This document shows, in pieces, positions 27,268 to 36,370 of a stretch of DNA of 64,000 nt. The stretch covers positions 56,675 through 120,674 of the forward strand of contig CBDBDT010000001.1 of NCBI GenBank assembly GCA_965203975.1, in the 5' to 3' direction. The DNA is from Dehalococcoidia bacterium. Its GTDB lineage: Bacteria > Chloroflexota > Dehalococcoidia > Lucifugimonadales > UBA3495. Both the position numbers and the translations under genes were made by a program. Position 1 is the stretch's first letter. Every line of letters begins with the position of its first letter. The notes under the pieces are model-generated. The model worked only from the letters and a program-made list of their open reading frames with translations, had not been told where the DNA came from and searched no databases.

Positions 27268-27915
27268 ATGAGCGCAGAGCACGACGGCCACGATCACCAA
27301 CACCCGGGAATGGCGGAGGACGCGGAGCTGGGACCCATCGCCCGCCGGGCCGGGGCCATCGAGTCACTGCTGGTGGAAAAGGGTGTCTGCACCATCGAGG
27401 AGATACAGCGGGCGGTGGAGATCAACGAGTCCCGCTCCCCCGCCGACGGGGCCCGGGTGGTGGCGCGGGCTTGGACTGACTCGGAATTCAAGGCGCGGCT
27501 GTTGTCCAACCCGAAAGCGGCGCTGGCCGAACTGGGATATACCCTGCCAGAGACAACTCCCCAGCTTGCGGTGGTGGAGAACACACCGGATATCCACCAC
27601 CTGGTGGTGTGTACCCTCTGTTCCTGCTACCCCCGCGCCCTGCTGGGAACGCCGCCGGACTGGTACAAGAGCCTGGCCTACCGCTCCCGGGCGGTGGTGG
27701 ACCCCAGGGGCGTCATGCGGGAGTTCGGCCTCGACGTTGGGGATGATGTGGAAGTGCGCGTCCTGGACAGCACCGCCGACCTGCGCTACCTGGTGCTGCC
27801 CCAGCGCCCGCCGGGCACGGAAGGCATGACCGAAGACGAGTTGGCCCGGCTGGTATCCCGGGACAGCATGATTGGGGTGGCTAACCCCCGCTCGCCGGAG
27901 CCTGCCCGGGCGTAA
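27268..27915 (+). CDS. nthA: Co-type nitrile hydratase alpha / thiocyanate hydrolase gamma subunit
   Basis: VCTLCSCYP metal-binding motif (Thr/Tyr, cobalt type). Confidence 0.9.
   Translation: MSAEHDGHDHQHPGMAEDAELGPIARRAGAIESLLVEKGVCTIEEIQRAVEINESRSPADGARVVARAWTDSEFKARLLSNPKAALAELGYTLPETTPQLAVVENTPDIHHLVVCTLCSCYPRALLGTPPDWYKSLAYRSRAVVDPRGVMREFGLDVGDDVEVRVLDSTADLRYLVLPQRPPGTEGMTEDELARLVSRDSMIGVANPRSPEPARA
27895..27914 (+). repeat. 20-bp direct repeat, left copy
   Basis: ccggagcctgcccgggcgta, identical to 29326-29345. Confidence 0.9.
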
Positions 27916-27987
27916 AGTGGTGTCTTGGGACATTTGCTCTCCAGTGCCCGGCCACGCACGGAATGATCATTTCTAGGTAAGAGGATC

Positions 27988-29346
27988 GTGATCGTTCGTG
28001 TTCTTGATCTGGTCAAGGTTTGGGACTGGCGGCTTTTCCTATTTATTCTTCTCTTCGTCGGACTGCCGAACGTTTACCAACTTTACCGAACCTACCTGAT
28101 TGGAAATGAACTGCCCGATCCAGGCAGCTTGGCCATTGTGTCCCAATGGCAGTTCGTGGGGTTGGTTGTCGAGGTATTCCAAGAAGCCACGGTGTTGGCC
28201 ATTTTCTTTTTCTTGGGTTCCCAAATCAGGAGTGGGCCGGCGGTTCAGTTAGACCGCACCAAGAGCGTACTAACATTTATCTTTCTGACCTCCCTGGTGT
28301 TTTCCGGGGCCGTGTTCCTGTTCCGTGACGTTTTCGTAACACTCATCGGCACCTCGCCCGAGATTCAAGACCAGACGAAAGCCTTCTTGGGCATTTCTAT
28401 CTTCAGCATTCCCTTCACGTTGCTTGCCGCCGCCATAGTCGTCTTGTTCGAGGCGCTGGGATTTCGGGCCCTGGTTTTCTTCATGGCGATACTCAACGTA
28501 CTGTTGCGCTTTGTCCTGGACAGTCTCTTTTTTGGCGGTTACGGATTTTCCATTGGTGCCGATGTGCTCGGCGTCGCGTGGGCGACCTTGTTGTCCAGCT
28601 TGGGAGTTTTTCTGACAGGCGCTGTCCTCTTGATGATGACTCGGCGTATCCGAGTCGATGATCTCTGGTCCCTTCCGTCTTTTGCTGATATGCGTGAGTA
28701 TCTGAGAGTGGGTGTAGGAAGTGGGCTGGATAGCTTGGTTCGGAACCTGGCCTATTTCTTCATGATCATCCGGATAGTGAACACTATCGGTCCAGCAGAG
28801 ATAGGCGGCTATTACCTTACAATGCAAGTGTTTTGGGGGTTCATGCTGGTACCGGTGCTAGCTCTTGCCGATTCTGCAAAGGCCCTGGTCGCCAATGCCT
28901 CGGAAGACCCCAACAGGGTTAGAGAACTGTGGCTTTCCTCCATGGCAATTACTGCCGGGATGATGATTCTATGGATTGCGTTGGTCCCTCTCTTTCGACC
29001 TTTCGCGGGGTTCCTCAACCCCGACGCGGAAACGGTGGGGTGGAGTGTCACCGCTTTTGGCATCTTGTTCGTTCCTTACGTGCTGTTTTCGTTCAATACC
29101 CTCATGGATAGCGTTTTCTATGGGCTGGGCCAGACCCGGTATTTGGCTTACCAGGCCATCTTGACAAATGGGACGGTGTATCTCTTTGCTTTCTTCCTTT
29201 ATGCCATAGGGGTATGGGAGCCAACTTTTGAAGGCGTGATGACACTGTTTGCGCTGGGAATCCTCGTGGATTCCTTCCTTACCATGTTCTTCCTGGGCAA
29301 GGTTTTGTTTGTGGATCCGGGAACCCCGGAGCCTGCCCGGGCGTAG
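27988..29346 (+). CDS. MATE-family transporter
   Basis: About 12 TM segments in two repeated halves; lower GC than flanking genes. Confidence 0.75.
   Translation: MIVRVLDLVKVWDWRLFLFILLFVGLPNVYQLYRTYLIGNELPDPGSLAIVSQWQFVGLVVEVFQEATVLAIFFFLGSQIRSGPAVQLDRTKSVLTFIFLTSLVFSGAVFLFRDVFVTLIGTSPEIQDQTKAFLGISIFSIPFTLLAAAIVVLFEALGFRALVFFMAILNVLLRFVLDSLFFGGYGFSIGADVLGVAWATLLSSLGVFLTGAVLLMMTRRIRVDDLWSLPSFADMREYLRVGVGSGLDSLVRNLAYFFMIIRIVNTIGPAEIGGYYLTMQVFWGFMLVPVLALADSAKALVANASEDPNRVRELWLSSMAITAGMMILWIALVPLFRPFAGFLNPDAETVGWSVTAFGILFVPYVLFSFNTLMDSVFYGLGQTRYLAYQAILTNGTVYLFAFFLYAIGVWEPTFEGVMTLFALGILVDSFLTMFFLGKVLFVDPGTPEPARA
29326..29345 (+). repeat. 20-bp direct repeat, right copy
   Basis: Identical to 27895-27914. 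Confidence 0.9.
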
Positions 29347-29410
29347 GAGGGGCGGCTCGGCTCCCGTCGGCGAATTTCCTCACAACCTTCGGCCAACTGA
29401 CAGTACGCCG

Positions 29411-29439
29411 TTGACACCCGCCCCAAGCCGGTATAGCGT
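29411..29439 (+). promoter_or_regulatory. Orphan sigma70-like promoter
   Basis: TTGACA-N17-TAGCGT; shares gccggtatagcgt with the promoter at 62973-63001(-). Confidence 0.55.
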
Positions 29440-29571
29440 TGATGTTAGCCCAGACAGTCCTCGCCGAAGGAGTATTCCCGCCTGAACCGCCCCGATGCTG
29501 AATTCTTTCCAACCCGTATCCCGTACCCGGTTGTCCTCTTCCCTCGCCCCTATAACGACGCCCACTGGAAA

Positions 29572-29714
29572 TGTCCCAGAAATGTCTCACTTTGTCCCAC
29601 CGTGTCCCAGTCGCGTCCCGACAGCGACTCAAATGCAGCCCAACATGCCCCTGGTTTGACCCATAGCCACCGGGATTCCGTGCTCAAATCCGGCGAAATG
29701 TCCCATTTGTCCCA
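29572..29714. repeat. Phased TGNNNCA-heptamer element, copy B
   Basis: TGTCCCA-like boxes at 29572/583/593/603/614 and 29699/708. Confidence 0.7.
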
Positions 29715-29780
29715 CAAATGCTTTTTTGCCCCTTTCCACCAGTCATCCCCCGCTGCTCCGCCGAGTGAACGAAAGGGGAG

Positions 29781-30302
29781 TTACTGAACGAAGCGGTGGT
29801 AGACTTCTTCCTCGGTCAGGGACTCCCGGCTGAACCACCGGGTTTCGATTTCCTCCCCCACCGCGGCTAGACCATCCACGACTTCCCGTGCGATCCTCGC
29901 CGCATCTTCCGGCGACAGGACAGCGGAGGTTTGCCGCTCTTCCAGGGTCAGGATGACCTCGGAAATGGCCCGGACCAGCTCCACCGGCGCAACCTGCGTC
30001 GCGTTCATGCGGGCCTTGTTGAGGCTTTGCAGCATGGACGACACGGAGTTGTCGTAGAGGATTTCCCGGGCCAGGTCGGGACAGCCCTCGGAAGAAACGC
30101 CCAGGGTGGCCGCCACGTCCCGCATTGCTGTCTCCAGACCGGCAGCATCCCCTCCCGGCGGGACTCGCTGGGCCGCTGCGGCGGTGGTGCGGGCAATGTT
30201 CTCGGCCCGCTCCAGCCACCGGCCCAGCCAGATGAGGTTGTAGACCCGGGAATCGGTCAGCCAACGGTCGTGGGCCATCACCAGGGACCTGGGTTCAGTC
30301 AT
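29781..30302 (-). CDS. Alpha-E domain protein
   Basis: WLGRWLERAENIAR; located in the ATP-grasp operon. Confidence 0.85.
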   Translation of the reverse strand: MTEPRSLVMAHDRWLTDSRVYNLIWLGRWLERAENIARTTAAAAQRVPPGGDAAGLETAMRDVAATLGVSSEGCPDLAREILYDNSVSSMLQSLNKARMNATQVAPVELVRAISEVILTLEERQTSAVLSPEDAARIAREVVDGLAAVGEEIETRWFSRESLTEEEVYHRFVQ

Positions 30303-31273
30303 TGTCGATTCCCTCCTGTATCAAGTCCCAGGCTCGTATATGACTCGGGCCGGGCCAGCCATGCCGGAGCATCGGTTTGCCTGGCGATCAGTTCCTCGGC
30401 GTCGCCGAAGGACACGCTCTCCCTGTTGAGGAGGACCTGGGCCATGACCGCTTCCAGCCAGCCGGAACCCTTGCAGGTGAAGGAGCCCTCGACCGGGGAT
30501 GCTTGGGAATAGTCCCGGCCCACGGCGAACTTGACCAGGTCGGCGTCGGTAACTACCGTCTTGCCCCGGGTGGGGTCGCTGGGCACCCATCCCAGCTGGG
30601 GGTGGAGGAACTCGACCCAGGCGTGGGTGTCGCCGGCCTGGGTGGCCAGGAGGCCGCTGACGTAGCGGGCCGGGATGCCCAGCGCCCGCAGCAGGCCCAG
30701 GGACAGGTGGGCCATGTCCTGGCACACCCCCCGGCCCGATGCTATCACCTGGTCGGCGGTGGTGCCGACGTGGGTGATGCCGGGATGGTACTCGATGTTG
30801 TCGTGTACCCAGGTTGTCACCCGGTCCACCGACTCCATCAGGCTGGCCGCACCGCCGGCGATGGAGCGGGCCGCGTCGGTGAGCAGGTCCGGGGCCACCA
30901 GCGGCGACGGCGCTACGAACTGCTGGGCAGGCAGATCGTATCCCAGGGACTGCATCGCCACGTCCACGCTGACCAGCTGGGGCTGGATGAGCTTGACCGT
31001 TCCGATGGCGAGGATGGTGAATTCCTGGTGGGGAGCGGTCAATCGCACTCGGTGGGTGATGTTGCCGAAGCCGTCGGTGAAACCGGCGGGACGGGTCTGG
31101 GGAGCCGTCATCACCGAGAAGCTGACGGGCGCCTGGCGCTCGTCCTCGTAGGCGGACAGCCGGAGGAAGTTGTCGTTCTGCACCACGGTGTCCGAGTAAC
31201 GGTAGCGGGCCGCGTAGGTATAGCTGGCCACGATCCCGGAACCGTTTAGCGGATCACCCAGGTCGGCTTGCAT
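30299..31273 (-). CDS. Transglutaminase-family protein
   Basis: GVCQDMAH, ARYVSG, THAWVEF, DPT; start uncertain. Confidence 0.88.
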   Translation of the reverse strand: MQADLGDPLNGSGIVASYTYAARYRYSDTVVQNDNFLRLSAYEDERQAPVSFSVMTAPQTRPAGFTDGFGNITHRVRLTAPHQEFTILAIGTVKLIQPQLVSVDVAMQSLGYDLPAQQFVAPSPLVAPDLLTDAARSIAGGAASLMESVDRVTTWVHDNIEYHPGITHVGTTADQVIASGRGVCQDMAHLSLGLLRALGIPARYVSGLLATQAGDTHAWVEFLHPQLGWVPSDPTRGKTVVTDADLVKFAVGRDYSQASPVEGSFTCKGSGWLEAVMAQVLLNRESVSFGDAEELIARQTDAPAWLARPESYTSLGLDTGGNRQ

Positions 31274-32625
31274 AGTCCACCGGACGAGTTGTTGGTGATG
31301 CGGCTGTTGGCGTTGGCCACCCGGGTCAGTCCGCCGGGGAAGGCGTGAGCCTCGCCGCGGCCGTTCTGGACGGCAAACACCCTCAGATCCACATACCGTT
31401 CCTCGAAGGAGCCGGTGGCTTCATCGAATATCAAGTGCCTGGAAAAGTCAAGGGTCTCCTGGGCGATGTAGGCCCGGGGCTGCTCGATGATGTTGCGGGC
31501 CATGCGGCTCCGGTAGCTCAGGTCCAGGTCGGGCATGATGTACACGCCCAGCCCGCCGTATCCCTGCCTGATTTTGAGTACCAGCCGGTCCAGGTTTTCC
31601 AGGACGTAGCGCAGGCTCTCGGGCTGGTTCAGGTCATAGCTGGGAGCCTGCTGCAGGATGGGCTCCTCCCCCAGGTAATGGCGGATCATCTCCGGCACCC
31701 AGAGGAACACCAGCTTGTCGTCGGCGGCGCTGGTGCCCATCCCGTTGACCAGGACGACCTTGCCCTGCAGGTATGCTTCCGTCAGGCCGGGGAGAAATAT
31801 CTCCAGGTCCTCCACCCGGCGGTAAATCAGGTCCACGGCCACGGCGCCGTCCACGTTCCTGGCGTAGACCCGGCCGTCGGAGCCGATGTACAGGTCCGAG
31901 CCTTCGACCAGGGGAATGCCCAGCAGGTCGGCCAGGTAGCGGTGTTCGAAGAAGGCGGCTCCGAACTTGCTGTCGGTGAGCAAGACGCAGGTGGGCGACT
32001 CGGTGTCGCACAGGGACGCGAAGAGGTCCAGGTAGGTGTCCCGTATGTCGTAGCGGATGATGTCGTAGGCCTCGGTCAGCTCGGGCATGATGCTCTGGGC
32101 GATTTCCACGCACTTGAGCTGGTAGGCTATCCCCGACGGTATCCGCAGGTTATCTTCCAGTACGGCGTACTGCCCGTCTCCGACGTGGACCAGGTCGATG
32201 CCGTAGATGTGTACGAAGACATCCCTGGCGGGAAGGAAGTCCTGGTACTCGGGATAGTAGTACTGGCAAGTGAATATGACGTCGTTGGGAACGATGGTCT
32301 GAGTGCCGGAGTAAAGATCGGCCAGGAAGCAGTTGATCGCCTTGAGCCGCTGCTCCACGCCCCGTCCTATGGGCTCCCATTCTGCCTGGGGTATGACCCG
32401 GGGGACCCAGTCGGTGGGGACGGGACGGAAGGATCTGGGTTCCAGCGAGAAGGTGAAGCCGTCCAAAGCCACCTCGCGCTTGGCCCGCCGCCATCGCTCT
32501 TGCAGGACGGCAGGCCCCATTCCCTCCAGGATGCCCATCATGGGCCGGTAGGCCGGAAGAACGGAGCCGGAGGGGTCGAGGTATTCCCTGGTTGCAGTTC
32601 CCGGGGAGAGTCCTGTTGGAATCAT
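31246..32625 (-). CDS. Circularly permuted type 2 ATP-grasp protein
   Basis: VLEDNLRIPSG, FEHRYLA, IYRRVED, GGLTRVA...SSGGLCK. Confidence 0.9.
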   Translation of the reverse strand: MIPTGLSPGTATREYLDPSGSVLPAYRPMMGILEGMGPAVLQERWRRAKREVALDGFTFSLEPRSFRPVPTDWVPRVIPQAEWEPIGRGVEQRLKAINCFLADLYSGTQTIVPNDVIFTCQYYYPEYQDFLPARDVFVHIYGIDLVHVGDGQYAVLEDNLRIPSGIAYQLKCVEIAQSIMPELTEAYDIIRYDIRDTYLDLFASLCDTESPTCVLLTDSKFGAAFFEHRYLADLLGIPLVEGSDLYIGSDGRVYARNVDGAVAVDLIYRRVEDLEIFLPGLTEAYLQGKVVLVNGMGTSAADDKLVFLWVPEMIRHYLGEEPILQQAPSYDLNQPESLRYVLENLDRLVLKIRQGYGGLGVYIMPDLDLSYRSRMARNIIEQPRAYIAQETLDFSRHLIFDEATGSFEERYVDLRVFAVQNGRGEAHAFPGGLTRVANANSRITNNSSGGLCKPTWVIR

Positions 32626-32700
32626 CTTTCACAACTGGGCTTGGGATGTCGTATCCCAACGATTATACCGGCCGGGGTATTAACACCCGGTTTCCCCGAA

Positions 32701-32716
32701 GTTACCAAGTTGTTAC
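32701..32716 (-). promoter_or_regulatory. GlnR-box-like direct repeat upstream of the ATP-grasp operon
   Basis: GTAAC-N6-GTAAC on the minus strand; TATAAT at 32662-32667(-). Confidence 0.45.
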
Positions 32717-32764
32717 AACTGGTGCTTGAAGACAGATCCGAGTTTCCGGGGGTCAAGCCGGAGA

Positions 32765-34156
32765 CTATTCCAGTTGACGCACCTGCCTGAAGAAGACCAG
32801 TTGCAAGACCGCCAGCACCACGACGGCGGCTCCGATTACGGTGAAGGCGCCGGTGGGCGTCCAGAAGTGGACGAATATGCTGATAAGCAGGGTGGCCAAG
32901 GGCGTGAAACCGTTGTCCAGGAAGTAGATGCTCATCACCCGTCCTCGGAGGGCGTCGGGAGTGATGGTTGCCAGGAGGGTGCTGTTCCCGACCCGGAAAA
33001 CGTACTGGCAGAACCCCAGCCCGCCAAGGAGTAGCATCGAAGCCAGGAACCAGTGGGACTGGGCAAAGAGGAGAACGAAGATACATCCCCCGACCATTCC
33101 CAAGGCGGTGGCCATCCCCTTTCTGACGATATACCCGATGCTGGAGACGATGATGGCGGCAACGATGCCGCCTCCGCCGATGGCCGCGGCCAGCAGTCCG
33201 CCGGAGCCGGCTCCGCGGTGCAGGGCCTCCGTGGTGAACACCGGCAGCAGGAAGGCCAGCGGCGAGAAGACAAAGTTGGGAATGAGGGACATCACGATGA
33301 GCTGGAGGATGCGGGGTTCCCTGGCTACATAAGCGAGACCCTCGGCCATGCTGCGCAGCGCTGACTCGGACCGCCGGCGGGCTTCTTCCCGGTAGCGCAG
33401 GCGCACGGGAATCATCAGCAACACGATCCCGAGGTAAGCGACGGCTTCCAGGAAGAAGTTCCATTTGTAGCCGAGGGTGACGATGAGCAGTCCCCCCAAG
33501 GCCGGGCCGGTGATACGCATGGAGGGATGGGCTATCCCGGTGAGGGCGAGGGCGCTGGCCAGGTCGTTGCGGGGGACGGTGTTGGCGACCATGGCCTGCC
33601 GCACCGGCTGGATTATCGAGTGGGCGACCCCGGCGATTCCCATATAGACGAAGGCGTGCCACCACTGGAGCGGCCCGGTAACCGGACGGGTGTCCAGGTC
33701 GGTGAGGATGACCAGGACCGCGAATCCGCAAGCGGCGACGGCCATACAGCCCTGGGTGACCATGACCATCTTGCGGCGGTCGACCCGGTCAGCCAGCACG
33801 CCGGCCCAGGGGCCGATGAGCAGCACCGGAAATGTGCGGATGCCGACGACGGTGCCGGTGAGGAAGGCGTTGCCCTCGGTGAGGTGGAGCACCAGCCATC
33901 CGATGGTTAGCACCTGGATCCACTGGGCGCCGACGGTGAGGAAGTTGCCCACCCAAAGATAGCGGAAGTCGGGGTATTGCTTCAGGGCATAGAAGCTGCT
34001 GGAACGGGTGAACCGTCCCTGCCGGGGAGGCGCGGAGTCAGCCCTGGGTTCGCCGGCAGCGGTGACGGCAGTCCCGGGTGAAGGGGCTTCCGAGGCGGAC
34101 GGTTCCTGCGGGTGGTCCGGTTTATCGGCCGGATCTGGTCCGGCGTTGGTGGTCAT
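32765..34156 (-). CDS. MFS transporter
   Basis: GVLADRVDRRK, PDALRGRV; same family as 28-1353. Confidence 0.9.
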   Translation of the reverse strand: MTTNAGPDPADKPDHPQEPSASEAPSPGTAVTAAGEPRADSAPPRQGRFTRSSSFYALKQYPDFRYLWVGNFLTVGAQWIQVLTIGWLVLHLTEGNAFLTGTVVGIRTFPVLLIGPWAGVLADRVDRRKMVMVTQGCMAVAACGFAVLVILTDLDTRPVTGPLQWWHAFVYMGIAGVAHSIIQPVRQAMVANTVPRNDLASALALTGIAHPSMRITGPALGGLLIVTLGYKWNFFLEAVAYLGIVLLMIPVRLRYREEARRRSESALRSMAEGLAYVAREPRILQLIVMSLIPNFVFSPLAFLLPVFTTEALHRGAGSGGLLAAAIGGGGIVAAIIVSSIGYIVRKGMATALGMVGGCIFVLLFAQSHWFLASMLLLGGLGFCQYVFRVGNSTLLATITPDALRGRVMSIYFLDNGFTPLATLLISIFVHFWTPTGAFTVIGAAVVVLAVLQLVFFRQVRQLE

Positions 34157-34296
34157 GGGGAAGCGGCCGGCAATCCCGCCGGATCGGGCAGGAATGCCGG
34201 CTGGTCAATTCTCCGGTTTACGAGGAGCGGCCGGCGAGGACAACGGGAAGCCGCCGATGGAGATGGGTAGAGGGATAAGGGACTCCGCTTGAAGAA

Positions 34297-34689
34297 TCAG
34301 CGCCGCTGGACCAGTTCGATGAGCACATCGTCGGGGCCTTCGATGTAGGCCAGCCGGGTGCCGGGGGTGAACTCGGTCTCGGGCAGGACTACCCGGACGC
34401 CGTCGGCTTCCAGACGCGCGAGATCGCCGGTGATGTCCTCGGTGTGGAAACCGAAGTGCTCCAGCCCGAGGCGGTTGAGCTCGGCGGAGGGCCGGGTGTC
34501 GGGCGTGCCTTCCTGCTTCGAGGAGATGTTCAGGCGGCACGACCCTTCCAGTTCCATGCCCAAGGTGATGGTTCCGGGCATGACCGTGCGCTCCGAGACC
34601 AATTTGGCGCCGAAGTGCTTGGTGTACCAGGCGGCGGACTTGTGGGGGTCCTGGGAACGAATGTGGACGTGGTTGATGGTGTAGGGCAT
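34297..34689 (-). CDS. VOC/glyoxalase-family protein
   Basis: INHVHIR...EHFGF...GPDDVLIELVQ. Confidence 0.88.
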   Translation of the reverse strand: MPYTINHVHIRSQDPHKSAAWYTKHFGAKLVSERTVMPGTITLGMELEGSCRLNISSKQEGTPDTRPSAELNRLGLEHFGFHTEDITGDLARLEADGVRVVLPETEFTPGTRLAYIEGPDDVLIELVQRR

Positions 34690-34956
34690 GGAGCGGTCTC
34701 CCGTGATGGCTGTTCTTTCGTTGCTTCTGGTTATCCCTGCGGCGGGTTTCGCCGCCGAGAAGCTGCCGTTGGGGACAAGTTTACACCCGGAAAGGCGGTT
34801 TGCAAGAGTGCCTGGCTTTTTGCTGACAGGCGGCCCTTTACACCCGGCGGCCAGGCGTATACATTCAACTATAGAAACAATTGTTCGCAGGTGTGGCCGG
34901 CTTGTTCAGGGATTGGGAAATTCGCTATCTCGTCGCATCGGTTGGTCTGGATCTTC

Positions 34957-35283
34957 ATGGTCGCGGCAACGGTGTACGAGACGGTTTATAATGTTCAGCA
35001 AGCCCCACTGGAAACCGCCACAGCAATCCTTCAGTGGGTGGGCCCCGCAATAGGGTTGACCATCCTCATTCTGGCGACCTGGGAGGTCATCTTGGTACTG
35101 GCGCAAAGATACAAAGAACGCCGCAATCGGGAAGAAAGGGAAGCTGGCCGCAAAGAGGGACGGGAAGAGGGCCGAAAGGAAGAGCGTGCCCGCTGGGAAG
35201 CATGGTTGAAACGGCGCGACGAGGCCATTCGGAACAATCTGCCTTTCGACGAACCGAACCCGGCGGAGGGAGACCGGGGCTAA
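34957..35283 (+). CDS. Hypothetical membrane protein with Rpn-like EGREEGR tail
   Basis: TM helix followed by EAGRKEGREEGRKEERARWEAW; start uncertain. Confidence 0.55.
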   Translation: MVAATVYETVYNVQQAPLETATAILQWVGPAIGLTILILATWEVILVLAQRYKERRNREEREAGRKEGREEGRKEERARWEAWLKRRDEAIRNNLPFDEPNPAEGDRG

Positions 35284-35432
35284 TTTTCTCTCCCGCAGCG
35301 TGTTGCCCCAATTCTGGGCAGTGAGTAAACTGACTCCATGGACTCCGGCCAGATGAAGGGCGGCCCCGGCTCGTGTTGCGGCGATGGCTGTGGTGAAGCC
35401 GGGAAAATTTTGGAACCCTTGAGGAGGTAGTG

Positions 35433-36275
35433 ATGGCTGATTATGCGCACCCGAACTCTCTGGTGGATACCCAGTGGGTGGCCGACCACGGCAGCGATGC
35501 CAACGTCCGGCTGATTGAAGTGGACGTGGACACGTCCGCCTACGAGCAGGGACACATCGAGGGAGCGGTCGGGTGGAACTGGCAGAGCCAACTGCAGCAG
35601 ACAGTCCGCCGTGACCTGATATCCAAGGCGGAAATGGAAGAACTGCTGGGCAGTTCCGGTGTCTCCAACGACACGACGGTGGTGCTGTACGGGGACAACA
35701 GCAACTGGTTCGCCTGCTGGGCCTTCTGGCAGATGAAGTACTACGGGCACAACGACGTGCGGGTAATGAATGGCGGGCGGGCCAAGTGGGAGGCGGAAGA
35801 CCGCCCCATGACCACTGATGCTTCCTCGATTGCCCCCGCTTCCTACTCGGCCCAGGACCCGGACGAGAGCATCCGGGCTTACCGGGACCAGGTCTTGGCT
35901 TCGGTCAACGCGGGGAACATCGCTCTGGTGGACGTGCGATCACCGGACGAGTTCAGCGGAGCCCTGCTGGCCCCACCCGCCATGCCTCAGGAAGGCTCCC
36001 AGCGGGGCGGACACATTCCGGGCGCGGCCAACGTTCCGTGGGCCCAGGCCACCAACGAGGATGGGACCTTCAAGTCCGCCGACGATCTGCAGGCCCTTTA
36101 CGGTGGGCGTGGAGTGGACGGGAGCCGGGACACGGTGGCCTACTGCCGGATCGGCGAGCGATCATCCCACACTTGGTTCGTGCTTACCCAACTGCTGGGC
36201 TACTCCAACGTCCGCAACTATGACGGGTCCTGGACGGAGTGGGGCAGCATCGTCGGGGCGCCCATCGAGAAGTAG
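35433..36275 (+). CDS. Tandem-rhodanese sulfurtransferase (SseA/CysA type)
   Basis: GHIEGA, GHIPGA, YCRIGERSS, YDGSWTEWG. Confidence 0.93.
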   Translation: MADYAHPNSLVDTQWVADHGSDANVRLIEVDVDTSAYEQGHIEGAVGWNWQSQLQQTVRRDLISKAEMEELLGSSGVSNDTTVVLYGDNSNWFACWAFWQMKYYGHNDVRVMNGGRAKWEAEDRPMTTDASSIAPASYSAQDPDESIRAYRDQVLASVNAGNIALVDVRSPDEFSGALLAPPAMPQEGSQRGGHIPGAANVPWAQATNEDGTFKSADDLQALYGGRGVDGSRDTVAYCRIGERSSHTWFVLTQLLGYSNVRNYDGSWTEWGSIVGAPIEK

Positions 36276-36303
36276 AGGCGGCACAACCTTCCCAGGACAG
36301 ACC

Positions 36304-36337
36304 AAAGCCCTCCCGCCGAACGAACCGGGAGGGCTTT
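36304..36337. terminator. Bidirectional terminator
   Basis: aaagccctcccg...cgggagggcttt between convergent genes. Confidence 0.7.
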
Positions 36338-36370
36338 CCTTGCTTTCCGAGATCCGTCTGAGAAATCCGG

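Noticed and set aside
31345-32790. Long antisense ORFs (481 aa here, and similar ones at 25494-26828 and 42173-43270)
   Set aside because: Shadow ORFs caused by high-GC codon bias opposite well-supported genes.
35284-35430. Possible SAM riboswitch upstream of the sulfurtransferase
   Set aside because: Hairpins are present but the core ATC...GAG/GCAACC elements are missing.
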